Shown here piece by piece: positions 12,524-27,646 of a DNA stretch of 64,000 nucleotides (its first letter is position 1; each line of letters begins with the position of its first letter). Source of the stretch: Octopus sinensis (lineage: Eukaryota); the NCBI RefSeq assembly GCF_006345805.1, contig NC_043023.1:12834001-12898000 (forward strand). The letters are read 5' to 3'. Below the pieces are notes generated by a model. The model was not told the origin of the DNA. It saw nothing but the letters and a program-made list of their open reading frames with translations, and ran no database searches. The translations under genes and the position numbers were made by a program.

Positions 12524-12710
12524 TCTCTATATATATAAATGGCCAAACGTTTGTCTGTGTGTGCGTGTCCTTTATACAAATCCACAATTTTTCAGTTAGA
12601 GGGCTCGCACTTTCTATGGTCATTCAAAACCTTCCTAAGGTGGTCGTGCACATCTTTACATTTCCCCAGTCACCCCACAAAGCCATTAAAAAAATCAATA
12701 GAACAAGGAT
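12524..12710 (+). mobile_element. 5' part of a Helitron of the 2314-2655 family, truncated
   Basis: TCTCTATATATATAAATGG..tgtcctttatacaaatccacaatttttcagttag matches the reverse complement of about 2470-2655. Also present at about 20690 and 35445. Confidence 0.65.
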
Positions 12711-13079
12711 CTCTGAACAAATAACAATATTTATTTTTCTGTCTGTACAAGCATTACATCTCTGGACAATCAGTAGCTAGGTCGCCTTGGTGCGGAAGCA
12801 GCAGAGACAGTTTAATCACGATTGTGAAGGCATACTTCACAGATTCGCTGAAGTTATGGATCGCCTTCAGAATTCCAGCCACACGGAGCTGGTGAAGTTG
12901 CGGCCGGCTTGGTTGGAAGCAGGGGCGAAGAGAGAGAGAGGACAGCGGTCAAGCCTAGCTGATGCTGATGACTGCACATGCGCATAAGGGGCTTCCGGCA
13001 GGCTCTTACCCCTGCGCATGCGTGGATGAAAATCCTAAAATGGCCTCTGGGACCAGGCGTCACTACAAGGTTCCCCCTT
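12711..13079 (-). mobile_element. Probable LTR-retrotransposon 3' LTR remnant with polypurine tract
   Basis: Minus strand: AAGGGGGAACCT then TGTAGTG (13067), promoter-like TGCGCATGCG, CCGGAAG and GCCATTTT, and a downstream AATAAA; the distal end is truncated. Copies at about 20868, 35775, 49930 and 58152. Confidence 0.45.
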
Positions 13080-13202
13080 GAGTGCGGGGCATGAAAATAG
13101 AAAGATTGTAGTGGCACCAGAAGTAAGATGGCTACCGATTACCCAGAAGATGTGGCACAAAATATGACAACTCAAAGAAAATGTAATCACAATATACATA
13201 TA

Positions 13203-13367
13203 GGCGCAGGAGTGGCTGTGTGGTAAGTAGCTTGCTTACCAACCACATGGTTCCAGGTTCAGTCCCACTGCGTGGAGCCTTGGGTAATTATCTTCTACTA
13301 TTGCCTCAGGCCGACCAAAGCCTTGTGAGTGGATTTGGTAGACGGAAACTGAAAGAAGCCCGTCGTA

Positions 13368-13415
<48 letters not shown>

Positions 13416-13620
13416 TGTGTTTGTCCCCCAAGTACTGCTTGACAACCGATGCTGGTGTGTTTATGTCCCCGTCACTTAGCAGTTCGGCAAAAGAGACCGA
13501 TAGAATAAGTACTGGGCTTTCAAAAGAATAAGTCCCGGGGTCGAGATGCTCTATAAAAGGCGGAGCTCCAGCATGGCCACAGTCAAATGACTGAAACAAG
13601 TAAAGGAGAAAGAGAAAGAG
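13203..13620 (+). mobile_element. tRNA-derived SINE (Octopus-type)
   Basis: A-box-like TGGCTGTGTGG, B-box-like GGTTCAGTCCC, internal (TA)n and AG-rich tail. Paralogs at about 21366, 36276 (split), 50422 and 58651; 3' half at 25681. Confidence 0.85.
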
Positions 13621-14401
13621 AGAATAAGCATGCACAAAGAATTTTATTTTTACAAAATGTTTAATAACAAAACATTGAAAATGTCCAGTACACAAAAGAA
13701 CAGCTGTCTGTCACAGGAAACAATAGAGAATCCTCCTCATCATCTTTGATTAACATCTGTTTTCCCTGCTAGCATGGGTTGGACGGTTGACTGGGGTCTG
13801 GGAAGCCAGGAGGCTGCACCAGGTTGCAGTCTGGTCTAGCAGTGTTTCTACAGCTGGATGCCCTTCCTAAACGCCAACCACTCTGTGAGTGTAGTGGAAG
13901 CTTTTTACATGCCACCGGCACAGGGGCCAGGAGAGGCTGGCAGCGGCCACAGTCACTCGGTGCTTTTTACGAGCCAACGGCACGGAAGCAAGGCGAGGCT
14001 GCCAATGGCCACGATCGGATGGTGCTTTTTATGTGCCACCAGCATGGGAGCCAGGGGAGACTGGCAATGGCCACGATCGGATGGTGCTTTTTACGTGCCA
14101 CCAGCACTGGTATCACAGCTACAATTTCCATTGATGTTGATTGATTTCGATTTTGTTTCTGATTCTCACTTGCCTCAACAGGTCTTCACAAGTTGAGTTT
14201 TGTGTCCCAAGAAGGAAAGCTATGCATAAGTGGACTGGCTACATCCCAGGTAGAGGCCATGGGTTATAGTCTCACTTGTCCTGCCGGGTTGTAATAACTT
14301 TTATATTGATATGATTACACCTGTGTATGAATACTCAGATGTGTGCTTAAGTGGCACTTTTGAGAGAATGACTCACCACAAATATCACAATGATATGGTT
14401 T

Positions 14402-15541
14402 TTAACCTGTATGAATACGTTTGTGACTGATTAAATTGCTATTTTTAGGAAATGACTTACCACAGATATCACAGTGATATGGTTTTTCCGCAGTATGTAT
14501 ACGTCTGTGAACAGACAAACTATCACTTCTGGAGAATGATTTACCACAGATATCACAGTGATAGTGATATTCTTTTTCCCCAGTGTGTATACGTTTGTGT
14601 TTAGGTAATTCACTACTGTAAGAAAATGATTTACCACAGATATCACACTGATATGGCTTCTCACCCGTATGAATACGTTTGTGCACTTTTAAAGTAGAAG
14701 GCTGAGAAAATGATTTACCACAGATATTACAACGATATGGCTTCTCTCCTGTATGAATACGTAGGTGTCTGGTTAAATGGCTATTTTCAGAGAATGATTC
14801 ACCACAGATATCGCAATGATATGGCTTCTCACCTGTATGAATACGTTTGTGCACTTTTAAAGAAGAAGGCTCAGAAAATGATTTGCCACAGATATCACAC
14901 TGATATGGTTTTTCCCCAGTATGAATACGTATATGACTAGTCAAATCACTATTTCTAGTGAATGATTTACCACAGATATCACAATGATGGGGCTTTTCTC
15001 CTGTATGAGTACGTTTGTGTCTAGGTAAATCAGCACTTCGAGAAAATGATTTACCACAGATATCACACTGATATGGTTTCTCTCCTGTATGGGTAGGTTT
15101 GTGTTTAGGTAAATCAGATCTTCGAGAAAATGACTTACCACAGATATCACAATGGAATGGCTTCTCTCCTGTATGAATAAGTTTGTGATCAGTTAAATTG
15201 CTATTTTCAGAAAATGATTTACCACAGATATCACACTGATATGGTTTCTCTCCTGTATGGGTACGTTTGTGTCTAGGTATATCAGCTCTTCGAGAAAATG
15301 ACTTACCACAGATATCACACTGATATGGTTTCTCTCCTGTATGAGTACGTTTGTGTTGAGTCAAGTGACTAATTTGAGAGAATGATTTACCACAGATATC
15401 ACACTGATGTGGCTTTTCCCCAGTATGAATAAATTTGTGATGAGTTAAAGAGCTATTGTCAGAAAATGACTTACCACAGATATCACAGTGATATGGTTTT
15501 TCTCTTTTATCATTGATTTTTGCTTTAGTTGAATTATTCAT
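14402..15541 (-). CDS. ZF-B: 379-aa C2H2 zinc-finger protein, 13 fingers
   Basis: Open ATG-TAA ORF with 13 C-x2-C-x12-H-x3-H units and TGEKP linkers. The stop is a GAA>TAA change in a linker, leaving a 14th finger at 14315-14401 untranslated. Confidence 0.9.
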   Translation of the reverse strand: MNNSTKAKINDKREKPYHCDICGKSFSDNSSLTHHKFIHTGEKPHQCDICGKSFSQISHLTQHKRTHTGEKPYQCDICGKSFSRRADIPRHKRTHTGEKPYQCDICGKSFSENSNLTDHKLIHTGEKPFHCDICGKSFSRRSDLPKHKPTHTGEKPYQCDICGKSFSRSADLPRHKRTHTGEKPHHCDICGKSFTRNSDLTSHIRIHTGEKPYQCDICGKSFSEPSSLKVHKRIHTGEKPYHCDICGESFSENSHLTRHLRIHTGEKPYRCNICGKSFSQPSTLKVHKRIHTGEKPYQCDICGKSFSYSSELPKHKRIHTGEKEYHYHCDICGKSFSRSDSLSVHRRIHTAEKPYHCDICGKSFPKNSNLISHKRIHTG

Positions 15542-16654
15542 TATGAGAGAATAATTTCGTTATACATATCACAATGATAGTATCTGTTTCATTTCTATGA
15601 ATGTTTGCGTTCAAATACATCAGAGAATAATTAAATGTTATGTTACTTTCATTGGTGATCTTGCTTAATATCTAAAACAGAAGATATAAATTGGTTAATC
15701 TTTTGTAAAGTTACTCAAACTTAACCTGTAGGTTCATCATCATCTCTACATTCCAGATGGCAAAAAAAATGTTGCTCTTAACTCCATCATCCAGAAGAAA
15801 TATTTCCCCATCATTCATCAAAGATTTTATTTATATAAAGAGGCTGATGTATTGATGAATGTGCCTTATGAATATATGGTCTTCCTTTAATTGATGAAAG
15901 TCAATCAAAATATCAGACACACCTCTGAATGAAGAAATTTCTTTTAAATCAACATGGTATGATATTATGAAATAGGAAAAAAATTCATTTCTATGAATAT
16001 ATTTGTGTTGCTATTTTCAGAGATTAATTTAATGCTATGCTTCTTTCATCTGTGATTTTGCTTAATATCTAAATCAAGAGGTGACAATTGTCTACCCCTT
16101 TGTAAAGTCATCCAAGCTTAATTAACCTGTAAAACAATCATCTCCTCTATATTCCAGACAGCAAAGACTTCAAATTGTTGCTGTTAATTCCATCGTCCAG
16201 AAGAAATATTTTGCTGTTGTTTTTCACAGATTTCCTTTATAAGATGAGTTTGATGTATTGATGAATGCTCCTTATAAATATATCATCTTCCTTTGGTTGA
16301 TGGGAGCTGATAAAATATCAGAGGCACATCTGAATGAAGTAATTTCTTTCATATCAACAGGATGTTATATTCTGAAATAGGAAAAAAAAGAAGCAGTGAG
16401 ATAAAGAGAATCATTAAACGACATAGTAATTCAACATTGCAAATCTTACAACATCAACACTGTCATCCATTTAATGTCTATGTTTGCAGGGGTCAGAATC
16501 CATTGAGGCATTGAAACTTTTACAACATTCTGTATAGAGATTTCTCTATTGTTCCGCCATGCGAAAAATTTTGGTGAAGGGTTAATTAAAATTTTGGCTA
16601 TGGTGGATCCAATCTACTTCATGCGTGCAAGATTCACTGCAAATATATTTGTAT

Positions 16655-16691
<37 letters not shown>

Positions 16692-17599
16692 CAAGTATTA
16701 AGAGAGGGACCACATGTGGTCACTCTAACGCTAGAAATAGATCCGCAAAGGGAATCCACCACTAAAGAATTGTTCTCAAGCATTAATTCAACATGCCAAG
16801 AATGTAAGGGGGCAGGACAAATGAAAAATAACGAAAAAATGGATTAACTCTATACAATTGTTTCATCGTTAATAGATTGTGTAATTTTACTTACAAATCA
16901 TTTTCGAATCATCGGTAGAGTATATCAAAAACATAATTTGCTGAACCAAACGCCAAAATCCATACGAAATTGATGTTATTAATTAATATTCAATTTCTTT
17001 CACCCTTACACACACACATATATGTATATATAATAGTACATATATATGCATAAATACATACGTATACGTACATACATGTTTGTTTATATTCGCGAGTGCC
17101 CGTTCTGCGTATTTTATTTTTTAGTATAAAATAGTTAAAAAAATAGATTAATCGTTCTAATTTTCTCTGGTACTATTTAAAAAGTGTGGTCCCGGTGCGC
17201 GCTCTCGCGCAAGTCAGTCGTGATTAGTCGATCCTACAACGACTACCTAGCAAAGTAAATAAAACACAAAATAAATAATTGTTTTCACACAAAGTAAATA
17301 ATTTTTTGGCGATCCATCGGTATAGGTACCGTGAGTGGCTTTGTTTACATTTCTGAAGATAACAGAAACCCTTTTCTCCCACCACTAACACAAACCTTAA
17401 CCATAACCCCCCACCCCCATATATATAAAAAAAAGACACTTTCTTGAAATGTATCTGGTACTTCCGGTACCTATACCGAAGTTACGCTCATTTTTTTAAA
17501 ACAGAGTAAAGAAAACAAAGTACAAAGTAAGGATCGATTAGTCACGACTAGCTACTGCGGATGCGCGCACCTGGACCTCTCTTCTTAAATAGTACCCTT

Positions 17600-17873
17600 G
17601 TAAGAGTTAGCACTTCCTTCTCTAAGCTTGGATTCGAAATCGAGTCCAAGAATCATCGGTCGTCAAACACCGATGCATGTATAGGCGCGAAATTAAGAAT
17701 CCCTTAGTCCTGACATTGCTCAGGTCGGAGGTCAAAGGGAGATGATCAATCAGTTTTTCTCAGAACAAAGGGATTCTTAATTTCGCGCCTATACATGCAT
17801 TGGTATTTGACGACCGATGATTCTTGGATTCGATTTCGAATCCAAGCTTAGAGAAGGAACTGCTAACTCTTAC
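17600..17873. mobile_element. 274-bp foldback MITE, TSD ACCCTT
   Basis: Same arms and TSD as 6927-7200. Confidence 0.8.
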
Positions 17874-18489
17874 ACCCTTGTATGTTTGTTTATATTCGCG
17901 AGTGCCCGCTCTCCGTATTTTATTTTAAAAAATAGATCAATCTTTCTAATTTTCTCCCTTATGTATTCTGGATATATTTCCCATTTCCTAACTTTTCTCA
18001 CAAGTAAGCGTCATTATCTTGGAGAGGTGCGCGGTACTACTAGCGAACAGTGGTCCAGGTGCGCGCATCCGTGCTAGCTAGTCGTATGTAGTCGATCCTA
18101 CGACTTTTTAACCCTAACCTTAGTTTGTTAACAAAAATAATGTATTTTCTTAGTTTTAAAGATTGTAGGATCGACTACTTACGACTAGCAAGCGCGGATA
18201 CGCGAGTGCACGCACCGGGACCACTGTTCGCTAGTAGTACCTTATTATTATTGGTATTATCATCATCATTACAGCCTTAAAATAAATCGTTGTCAACTTA
18301 CCGTATTCAGATACAAACAACGAGTCAACGATCGTTAATTAAGCACCTTAATTAATTAATTAAGGAAAGTTATATCCCTTTATATGGTTATAGTTCTTCA
18401 ATTTTCTATGACTGGTTCGTTTCGTTCCTGTGTCTTCTTTGTCCCATTCTGTCAACGATTTTACCTTCAAGGTAATATAGAATATATAC

Positions 18490-18650
18490 ACTCACATATT
18501 CTAATCTACGACCGTTTCCAGCGCACGAACTGGACCCCGTCGCAGACACCGAAAGAAAGAAGGCATCTTTGACTTATATCTTCCTGATGTGACGTCAGGC
18601 CGTTGCACTTTCCATCCGTTTCTGACGTCATTTTCTCTCCTGTCCAATCA
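18490..18650 (-). promoter_or_regulatory. Putative promoter/exon 1 of ZF-B
   Basis: TGACGTCA at 18590 and 18623, CCAAT at 18644, donor GTGAGT at 18495; the ETS-like site is altered (ACTTTCCAT). Confidence 0.55.
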
Positions 18651-19899
18651 TTGTCCTTCCTTCACACTTCTCTCTCATCTAAAGAACAATGCTTGGATAC
18701 CTCTTGGGGATCTTTTCGGTTTGACCGGCAGTTTTTTAAAATAATTTCCACGTAACTAAACACTTTTAAACTTCGTATACTGGTAGAATGTGTTTATAAA
18801 ACATTTTTCTCTTGGCTTTATTGAGAAGATTCTATAGTTTGTAAGATATTTGGGATCTTTTCGGTTTGAACGGCAGTTCTTAAAAAGAATGTCCCCGTGT
18901 TAGGGTCAGAAGTGGGGAGAAAAGGCTTTCTGTTATCTTCACAAATGTAAACAAAGTCACGTGTGTACTTATACATCGAAGCATCGCCTTATTATTTACT
19001 TTGTCTAAGAAAAAGAAGGATCTTTTTGGTTTGACCGGCAGTTTTTCTAGCTGCGTCATATGAAATTGTCACCCATAATTATGACCCTAGTATCGATCTA
19101 TTGCATTTCAATCTGTGTTAGGGTAAGGGGTGGGGGAAGGGTATCTTTTTTTCTTCAAAAATGTAAATAAACCCAATCTGTTTCTTAAACGAGGGACATA
19201 TTCATAAGGCACATAATGTTTTTTTTACCTCAATAGACGTCATTGATTGGTAGAAATTGCAGACAAAAAACAACAAATATGTTACAAACCACAGAATTTT
19301 CTCAATAAAGCCAAGGAAAAAGATGCTTCATAAATACATTCTATCTGTATACGAAGTTTAAAATTTTTTTAGTTACCTAGAAATTTAAAAACCTGCCGTT
19401 CATACCGAAAAGATCCCCATTATTCCCAGAGAACAGTTGGCGAACCAGATGGCAGCACCAGGCCCGAATCTGATCTGGTAGAGTTTCTACAGCTGGTTGG
19501 TGTTAGGAAGGGCATCCAGCTGTAGTAACTCTGCCAGATCAGATTGGAGCCTGGTGCTGCCTCCTGGTTCGCCAGTACTCAATCAAATCCTGCAACCCAT
19601 GCTACAATGGAAATCGGACGTTAAACGATGATGATGATGATGATCACAGTGATCTATTTTCTCTCATGTATAATTAAGTTGCTACTTTGAGAGAACCGTC
19701 AGTGGATGGAATGTAGTGTCGTGTGTTCGATATTCGAAGGTTGATTAATTCTTCCAATGACAACGGGGAGGGAAAAGATGGCCCCGCTCCCAACATAATG
19801 CACAATTACGAAAGGAAATAGAGAAGCGCTGGGATTTTTACCTTTCCACCTACAGATTTAAAAGATAATTCTTAAATCTGCTGAAAATTAGGAAGATTC

Positions 19900-20480
19900 A
19901 TCATCATCATCATCATCATTTAGCGTCCGTTTTCCATGCTAGCATGGGTTGGACGTTTCAACTGGGGTCTGTGAAGCTTGAAGGCTTCATCAAGCCCAGT
20001 CAGAGCTGGCAGTGTTTCTACAACTGGATGCCCTTCCTAACGCCAACCACTCCGTGAGTGTAGTGGGTGCTTCTTACGCGCCACCCGCACAGGTGCCAGA
20101 CAGAGCTGGCAAACGGCCACGAACGGATGGTGCTTTTACGTGCCACCGACACGGGGGCCAGACAGAGCTGGAAAACGGCCACGAATGGATGGTGCTTTTA
20201 CGTGCCACCGACACGGGGGCCAGACAGAGCTGGCAAACGGCCACGAACGGATGGTGCTTTTACGTGTCACTGGCACGGGGGCCAGGCGAGGCTGGCAACG
20301 GACACGAACGGATGGTGCTTTTACGTGCCACCGACACGGGGGCCAGGTGAGGCTGGCAACGGACACGAACGGGTGGTGCTTTTACATGCCACCGACACGG
20401 AGGCTAGACAGTGCGGTGCCGAAAACGACCACGATCGGATGGTTCGCTTAACCACAGCTGCAATTCCTACTGATGTTGAT
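19900..20480 (-). mobile_element. (GAT)n-tailed SINE-like repeat with ~61-bp VNTR
   Basis: Paralog of 9687-10380 with fewer units. Confidence 0.8.
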
Positions 20481-22331
20481 CGACCTCAATTTGGTTCTGC
20501 TTTCTGATATATGAATTGATTTGGTTTGATTTTGATTTTGACTGTTCTCACTGGTCTTGCTAAGTCTTCCATTTTTAAAAGTATTTTATACTAACAAATA
20601 AAATATGGAGAACGGGCACTCGCGAATATAAACAGATCATGTCGTGTAGCCAGCTGTAGATGTCTCCTTAGGCTGAATTACATCAACATCTCTCTATATA
20701 TAAATGGCCAAATGTCTGTCTGTGTGTGCGTGTCCTTTATACAAATCCCCAATTTTTCAGTTAGAGGGTTCGCACTTTCTATGGTCATTCAAAACCGTCC
20801 AAGGGTAGTCGTGCACATCTTTACATTTCCCTAGTCACCCCGCAAAGCCATTAAAAAATCAATAGAACAAGGATCTCTGAACAAATAACAATATTTATTT
20901 TTCTGTCTGTACAAACGTTACATCTCTGGACAATCAGTAGCTAGATCGCCTTGGTGCAGAAGCAGCAGAGACAGTTTAATCACGATTGTGAAGGCATACT
21001 TCACAGATTCGCTGAAGTCATGGATCGCCTTCAGAATTCCAGCCACACGGAGCTGGTCAAGTTGCGTCCGGCTTGGTTGGAAGCAGGGGCGAAGAGGGAG
21101 AGAGGACAGCGGTCAAGCGTAGCTGATGCTGATGACTGCACATGCGCATAGGGGGCTTCCGGCAAGCTCTTACTCCTGCACATGCGTGGTGAAAATCCTA
21201 AAATGGCGTCTGGGACCAGGCGTCACTACAAGTCTCCCCCTTCAGTGCAGGGCATGAAAATAGAAAGTTTTTAGTGGCACCAGAAATAAGATGGCTACCG
21301 ATTACCCAGAAGATGTGGCACAAAATATGACAACTCAAAGAAAATGTAATCACAATATACATATAGTTGCAGGAGTGGCTGTTGGGTAAGTAGCTTGCTT
21401 ACCAAACACATGGTCCCAGGTTCAGTCCCACTGCATGGCACCTTGGGTAATTATCTTCTACTATAGCCTCATGCCGACCAAAGCCTTGTGAGTGGATGTG
21501 GCAGACAGAAACTGAAAGAAGCCTGTTGTATAGATGTATATATATATATATGCATGTGTGTCTGTGTTTGTCCCCCTAGCATTGCTTGACAACCGATGCT
21601 GGTGTGTCTATGTCCCCGTCACTTAGCAGTTCGGCAAAAGAGACCGATAGAATAAGTACTGGGCTTAGTAAAGAATAAGTCCCGGGGTCGAGATGCTCTA
21701 TTAAAGGCGGAGCTCCAGCATGGCCGCAGTCAAACGACTGAAACAAGTAAAAGAGAAAGAGAAAGAGAGAATAAGCATGCACAAAAAATTTTATTTTTAC
21801 AAAATGTTTAATAACAAAACATTGGAAATGTCCAGTACACAAAAGAACAGCTGTCTGTCACAGGAAACTGTAGAGAATCCTCCTCATCATCATTGTATAA
21901 CATCTGTTTTCCCTGCTAGCATGGGTTGGACGGTTGACTGGGGTCTGGGAAGCCAGGAGGCTGCACCAGGTTGCAGTCTGATCTGGTAGTGTTTCTACAG
22001 CTGGATGCCCTTCCTAAATGCCAACCACTCTGTGAGTGCAGTGGATGCTTTTACATGCCACCGGCACATGGGCCAGGGGAGACTGGCAATGGCCACGATC
22101 GGATGGTGCGTTTTACGATCCACCAGCACTGGTATCACAGCTACAATTTCCATTGATGTTGATTGATTTCGATTTTGATTCTCACTTGCCTCAACAGGTC
22201 TTCACAGGTAGAGTTTTGTGTCCCAAGAAGGAAAGCTATGCATAAATGGACTGGCCACATCCCAGGTAGAGGCCATGGGTTATGGTCTCACTTGTCCTGC
22301 CGGGTTGTAATAAATTTTGATATTTATACGA

Positions 22332-22796
22332 TTACACCTGTGTATGAATACTCAGATGTGTACTTAAGTGGCGTTTTTGAGAGAATGATTTACCACAGAT
22401 ATCACAATGATTTGGTTTCTCTCCTGTATGAGTACGTTTGTGATGAGTTAAATTGCTATTTTCTGAAAATGATTTACCAAAGATATCACACTGATGTGGC
22501 TTTTCCCCAGTATGAATAAATTTGTGATGAGTTAAAGTGCTATTTTGAGAAAATGATTTACCACAGATATCACAATGACATGGTTTCTCTCCTGTATGAG
22601 TACGTTTGTGATGAGTTAAAGTGCTATTTTCAGAAAATGATTTACCACAGATATCACACTGATATGGTTTTTCTCCAGTATGAACACGTCTGTGCCTTCT
22701 TAGATTATAACTTTGAGAGAATGACTTACCACAGATATCACAGTGATGTGACTTCTCTCTTCTATCAGAGATTTTTGCTTTAGTTGAATTATTCAT
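22332..22796 (-). CDS. ZF-C: 154-aa C2H2 protein, 5 fingers (finger 4 has C>F); upstream promoter unit deleted
   Basis: Open [16 protein letters not shown]...HTQV. The upstream region breaks at about 23518 and no exon 1/promoter copy follows before ZF-D. Confidence 0.75.
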   Translation of the reverse strand: MNNSTKAKISDRREKSHHCDICGKSFSQSYNLRRHRRVHTGEKPYQCDICGKSFSENSTLTHHKRTHTGEKPCHCDICGKSFSQNSTLTHHKFIHTGEKPHQCDIFGKSFSENSNLTHHKRTHTGEKPNHCDICGKSFSQKRHLSTHLSIHTQV

Positions 22797-23546
22797 TATG
22801 AGAGAATAATTTCGTTATACATATCACAATGATAGTATCTGTTTCATTTCTATGAATGTTTGTGTTCAAATGCATCAGATAATAATTAAATGTTATGTTA
22901 CTTTCATTGGTGATCTTGCTTAATATCTAAAACAGAAGATATAAATTGGTTAACTCTTTCGTAAAGTTACTCAAACTTAACCTGTAGGTTCATCATCATC
23001 TCTACATTCCAGATGGCAAAAAAAATGTTGCTCTTAATTCCATCATCCAGAAGAAATATTTCCCCATCGTTCGTCGAAGATTTTATTTATATAAAGAAGC
23101 TGATCTTTTGATGAATGTGTCTTATGAATATATGGTCTTCCTTTAATTGATGAAAGTCAATAAAAATATCAGACACACATCTGAATGAAGAAATTTCTTT
23201 TAAATCAACATGGTATGATATTCTGAAATAGGAAAAAAGTTCATTTCTATGAATATATTTGTGTTGCTATTTTCAGAGAATAATTTAATGGTATGCTTCT
23301 TTCATCTGTGATTTTGCCTAATATTTAAATCAAGGGGTGACAATTGTCTACCCCTTCGTAAAGTTATCCAAGCTTAATTAACCTGTAAAACAATCATCTC
23401 CTCTATATTCCAGACAGCAAAGACTTCAAATTGTTGCTGTTAATTCCATCGTCCAGAAGAAATATTTTGCTGTTGTTTTTCACAGATTTCCTTTATAAGA
23501 TGAGTTTGATGTATTGATTCTGATTCTCAATTGCCTCAACAAGTCT

Positions 23547-25678
<2,132 letters not shown>

Positions 25679-26497
25679 CGGAAAGAAGCCCGTCATATAT
25701 ATGTATATATATATATATGCACGTGTGTGTGTGTGTGTGTCTGTGTTTGTCCTCCTAGCATTGCTTGACAATCGTTGCTGGTTTGTCTATGTCCCCGTCA
25801 CTTAGCAGTTCGGCAAAAGAGACCGATAGAATAAGTACTGGGCTTACAAAGAATAAGTCCCGGGTCGAGATGCTCTATAAAAGGCGGAGCTCCAGCATGG
25901 CCGCAGTCAAATGACTGAAACAAGTAAAAGAGAAAGAGAAAGAGAGAATAAGCATGCACAAAGAATTTTATTTTTACAAAATGTTTAATAACAAAACATT
26001 GAAAATGTCCAGTACACAAAAGAAGAGCTGTCTGTCACAGGAAACTGTAGAGAATCCTCCTCATCATCATTGTATAACATCTGTTTTCCCTGCTAGCATG
26101 CAGTCTGATCTGGCAGTGTTTCTACAGCTGGATGCCCTTCCTAAACGCCAACCACTCTGTGAGTGTAGTGGATGCTTTTTATGTGCCACCAGCACAGGGG
26201 CCAGGGAGGGTGGCATCGGCCACGATCGGTCGGTGCTTCTTACGTGCCACCAGCACGGAAGTCAGTTGTGCTGGAGCTGGCAACGGCCACGTTCGGATGG
26301 TGCTTTTTACATGCCACTGGCACAGGTGCCAGGGGAAGCTGGCAGCGGCCACGATCGGTTGGTACTTTTTACGTGTCACCGGCACTGGTATCACAACTAC
26401 AATTTCCATTGATGTTGATTGATTTCGATTTGGATTCTGATTCTCACTTGCCTCAACAGGTATTCACAAGTAGAGTTTTGAGTCCCTAGAAGGAAAG

Positions 26498-27646
26498 CTA
26501 TGCATAAGTGGACTGGCTACATCCCAGGTAGAGGCCATGGGTTATGGTCTCACTTGTCCTGCCGGGTTGTAATAAATTTTGATATTGATACGATTTCACC
26601 TGTGTATGAATACTCAGATGTGTGCTTAATTGGCGTTTTTGAGAGAATGACTCACCACAAATATCACAACGATATGGTTTTTCACCTGTATGAATACGTT
26701 TGTGCTCCTTTAATGTATAATGCTGGGAAAATGATTTACCACAGATATCACACTCAAATGGTTTTTCCCCAGTATGAATACGTAGGTGTCTGGTTAAAGA
26801 GCCATTTTCAGAGAATGATTCACCACAGATATCACATTGATATGGTTTTTCCCCAGTATGAATACGTCTGTGACTAGTCAAATTATTATTTCTACTGAAT
26901 GATTTACCACAGATATCACAATGGTATGGCTTCTCTCCTGTATGAATAAGTTTGTGATCAGTTAAATTGTTACTTCTAGAAAATGATTCACCACAGATAT
27001 CACAATGGTATGGCTTTTCCCCAGTATGAATAAATTTGTGATGAGTTAACTTGCTATTTTCAGAAAATGATTTACCACAGATATCACACTGATATGGTTT
27101 CTCTCCTGTATGAGTACGTTTGTGTCTAGGTAAAGCAGCTCTTTTAGAAAATGACTTACCACAGATATCACACTGATATGGTTTCTCTCCTGTATGAGTA
27201 CGTTTGTGTTTAGGTAATTCAGCACTTCGAGAAAATGATTTACCACATATATCACACTGATATGGTTTCTCTCCTGTATGAGTACGTTTGTGTCTAGGTA
27301 AATCAGAGCTTTGAGAAAATGATTTACCACAGATATCACACTGATATGGTTTCTCTCCTGTATGAGTACGTTTGTGTTTAGGTAAGTCAGCACTTCGAGA
27401 AATTGATTTACCACAGATATCACACTGATGCGGCTTGTCCCCAGTATGAATAAATTTGTGATGAGTTAAAGAGCTTTTGTCAGAAAATGATTTACTACAG
27501 ATATCACACTTATAAGGTTTGTCTCCAGTATGAACACGTATGTGCCTACTTAGATTACCACTTTTAGAGAATGAGTTACCACAGATATCACACTGATATG
27601 GCTTCTCTCTTTTATCATTGATTTTTGCTTTAGTTGAATTATTCAT
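26498..27646 (-). CDS. ZF-E: 382-aa C2H2 protein, 12 fingers plus a read-through tail
   Basis: Open ORF; the ancestral stop after HTQV is AAA here (26594-26596), adding [32 protein letters not shown]. Confidence 0.9.
   Translation of the reverse strand: MNNSTKAKINDKREKPYQCDICGNSFSKSGNLSRHIRVHTGDKPYKCDICSKSFSDKSSLTHHKFIHTGDKPHQCDICGKSISRSADLPKHKRTHTGEKPYQCDICGKSFSQSSDLPRHKRTHTGEKPYQCDICGKSFSRSAELPKHKRTHTGEKPYQCDICGKSFSKRAALPRHKRTHTGEKPYQCDICGKSFSENSKLTHHKFIHTGEKPYHCDICGESFSRSNNLTDHKLIHTGEKPYHCDICGKSFSRNNNLTSHRRIHTGEKPYQCDICGESFSENGSLTRHLRIHTGEKPFECDICGKSFSQHYTLKEHKRIHTGEKPYRCDICGESFSQKRQLSTHLSIHTQVKSYQYQNLLQPGRTSETITHGLYLGCSQSTYA

Noticed and set aside
12787-12987. 66-aa ORF MVRKQQRQFNHDCEG... 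repeated five times
   Set aside because: Non-ATG start, inside an LTR-like remnant, no recognisable domain.
12960-13045. CTGATGA...long hairpin...GAAA in the LTR-like remnant, resembling a second hammerhead
   Set aside because: The base of stem II is a C/U mismatch, and no stem III, UH site or stem I can be formed; the hairpin is explained by two TGCGCATG palindromes.
13203-13280. tRNA gene
   Set aside because: Only A/B-box-like SINE head; no convincing cloverleaf, and it continues into the SINE body.
14402-14404. Rescue of the ZF-B premature TAA by A-to-I editing to Trp
   Set aside because: It would need both adenosines edited and nothing in the DNA supports it; only RNA-seq could test it.
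14431-15150. Alternate-frame and antisense ORFs over finger arrays (MISVVNHF..., MIYHRYH...) here and at other ZF loci
   Set aside because: Shadows of the 84-bp finger periodicity; no independent coding signal.
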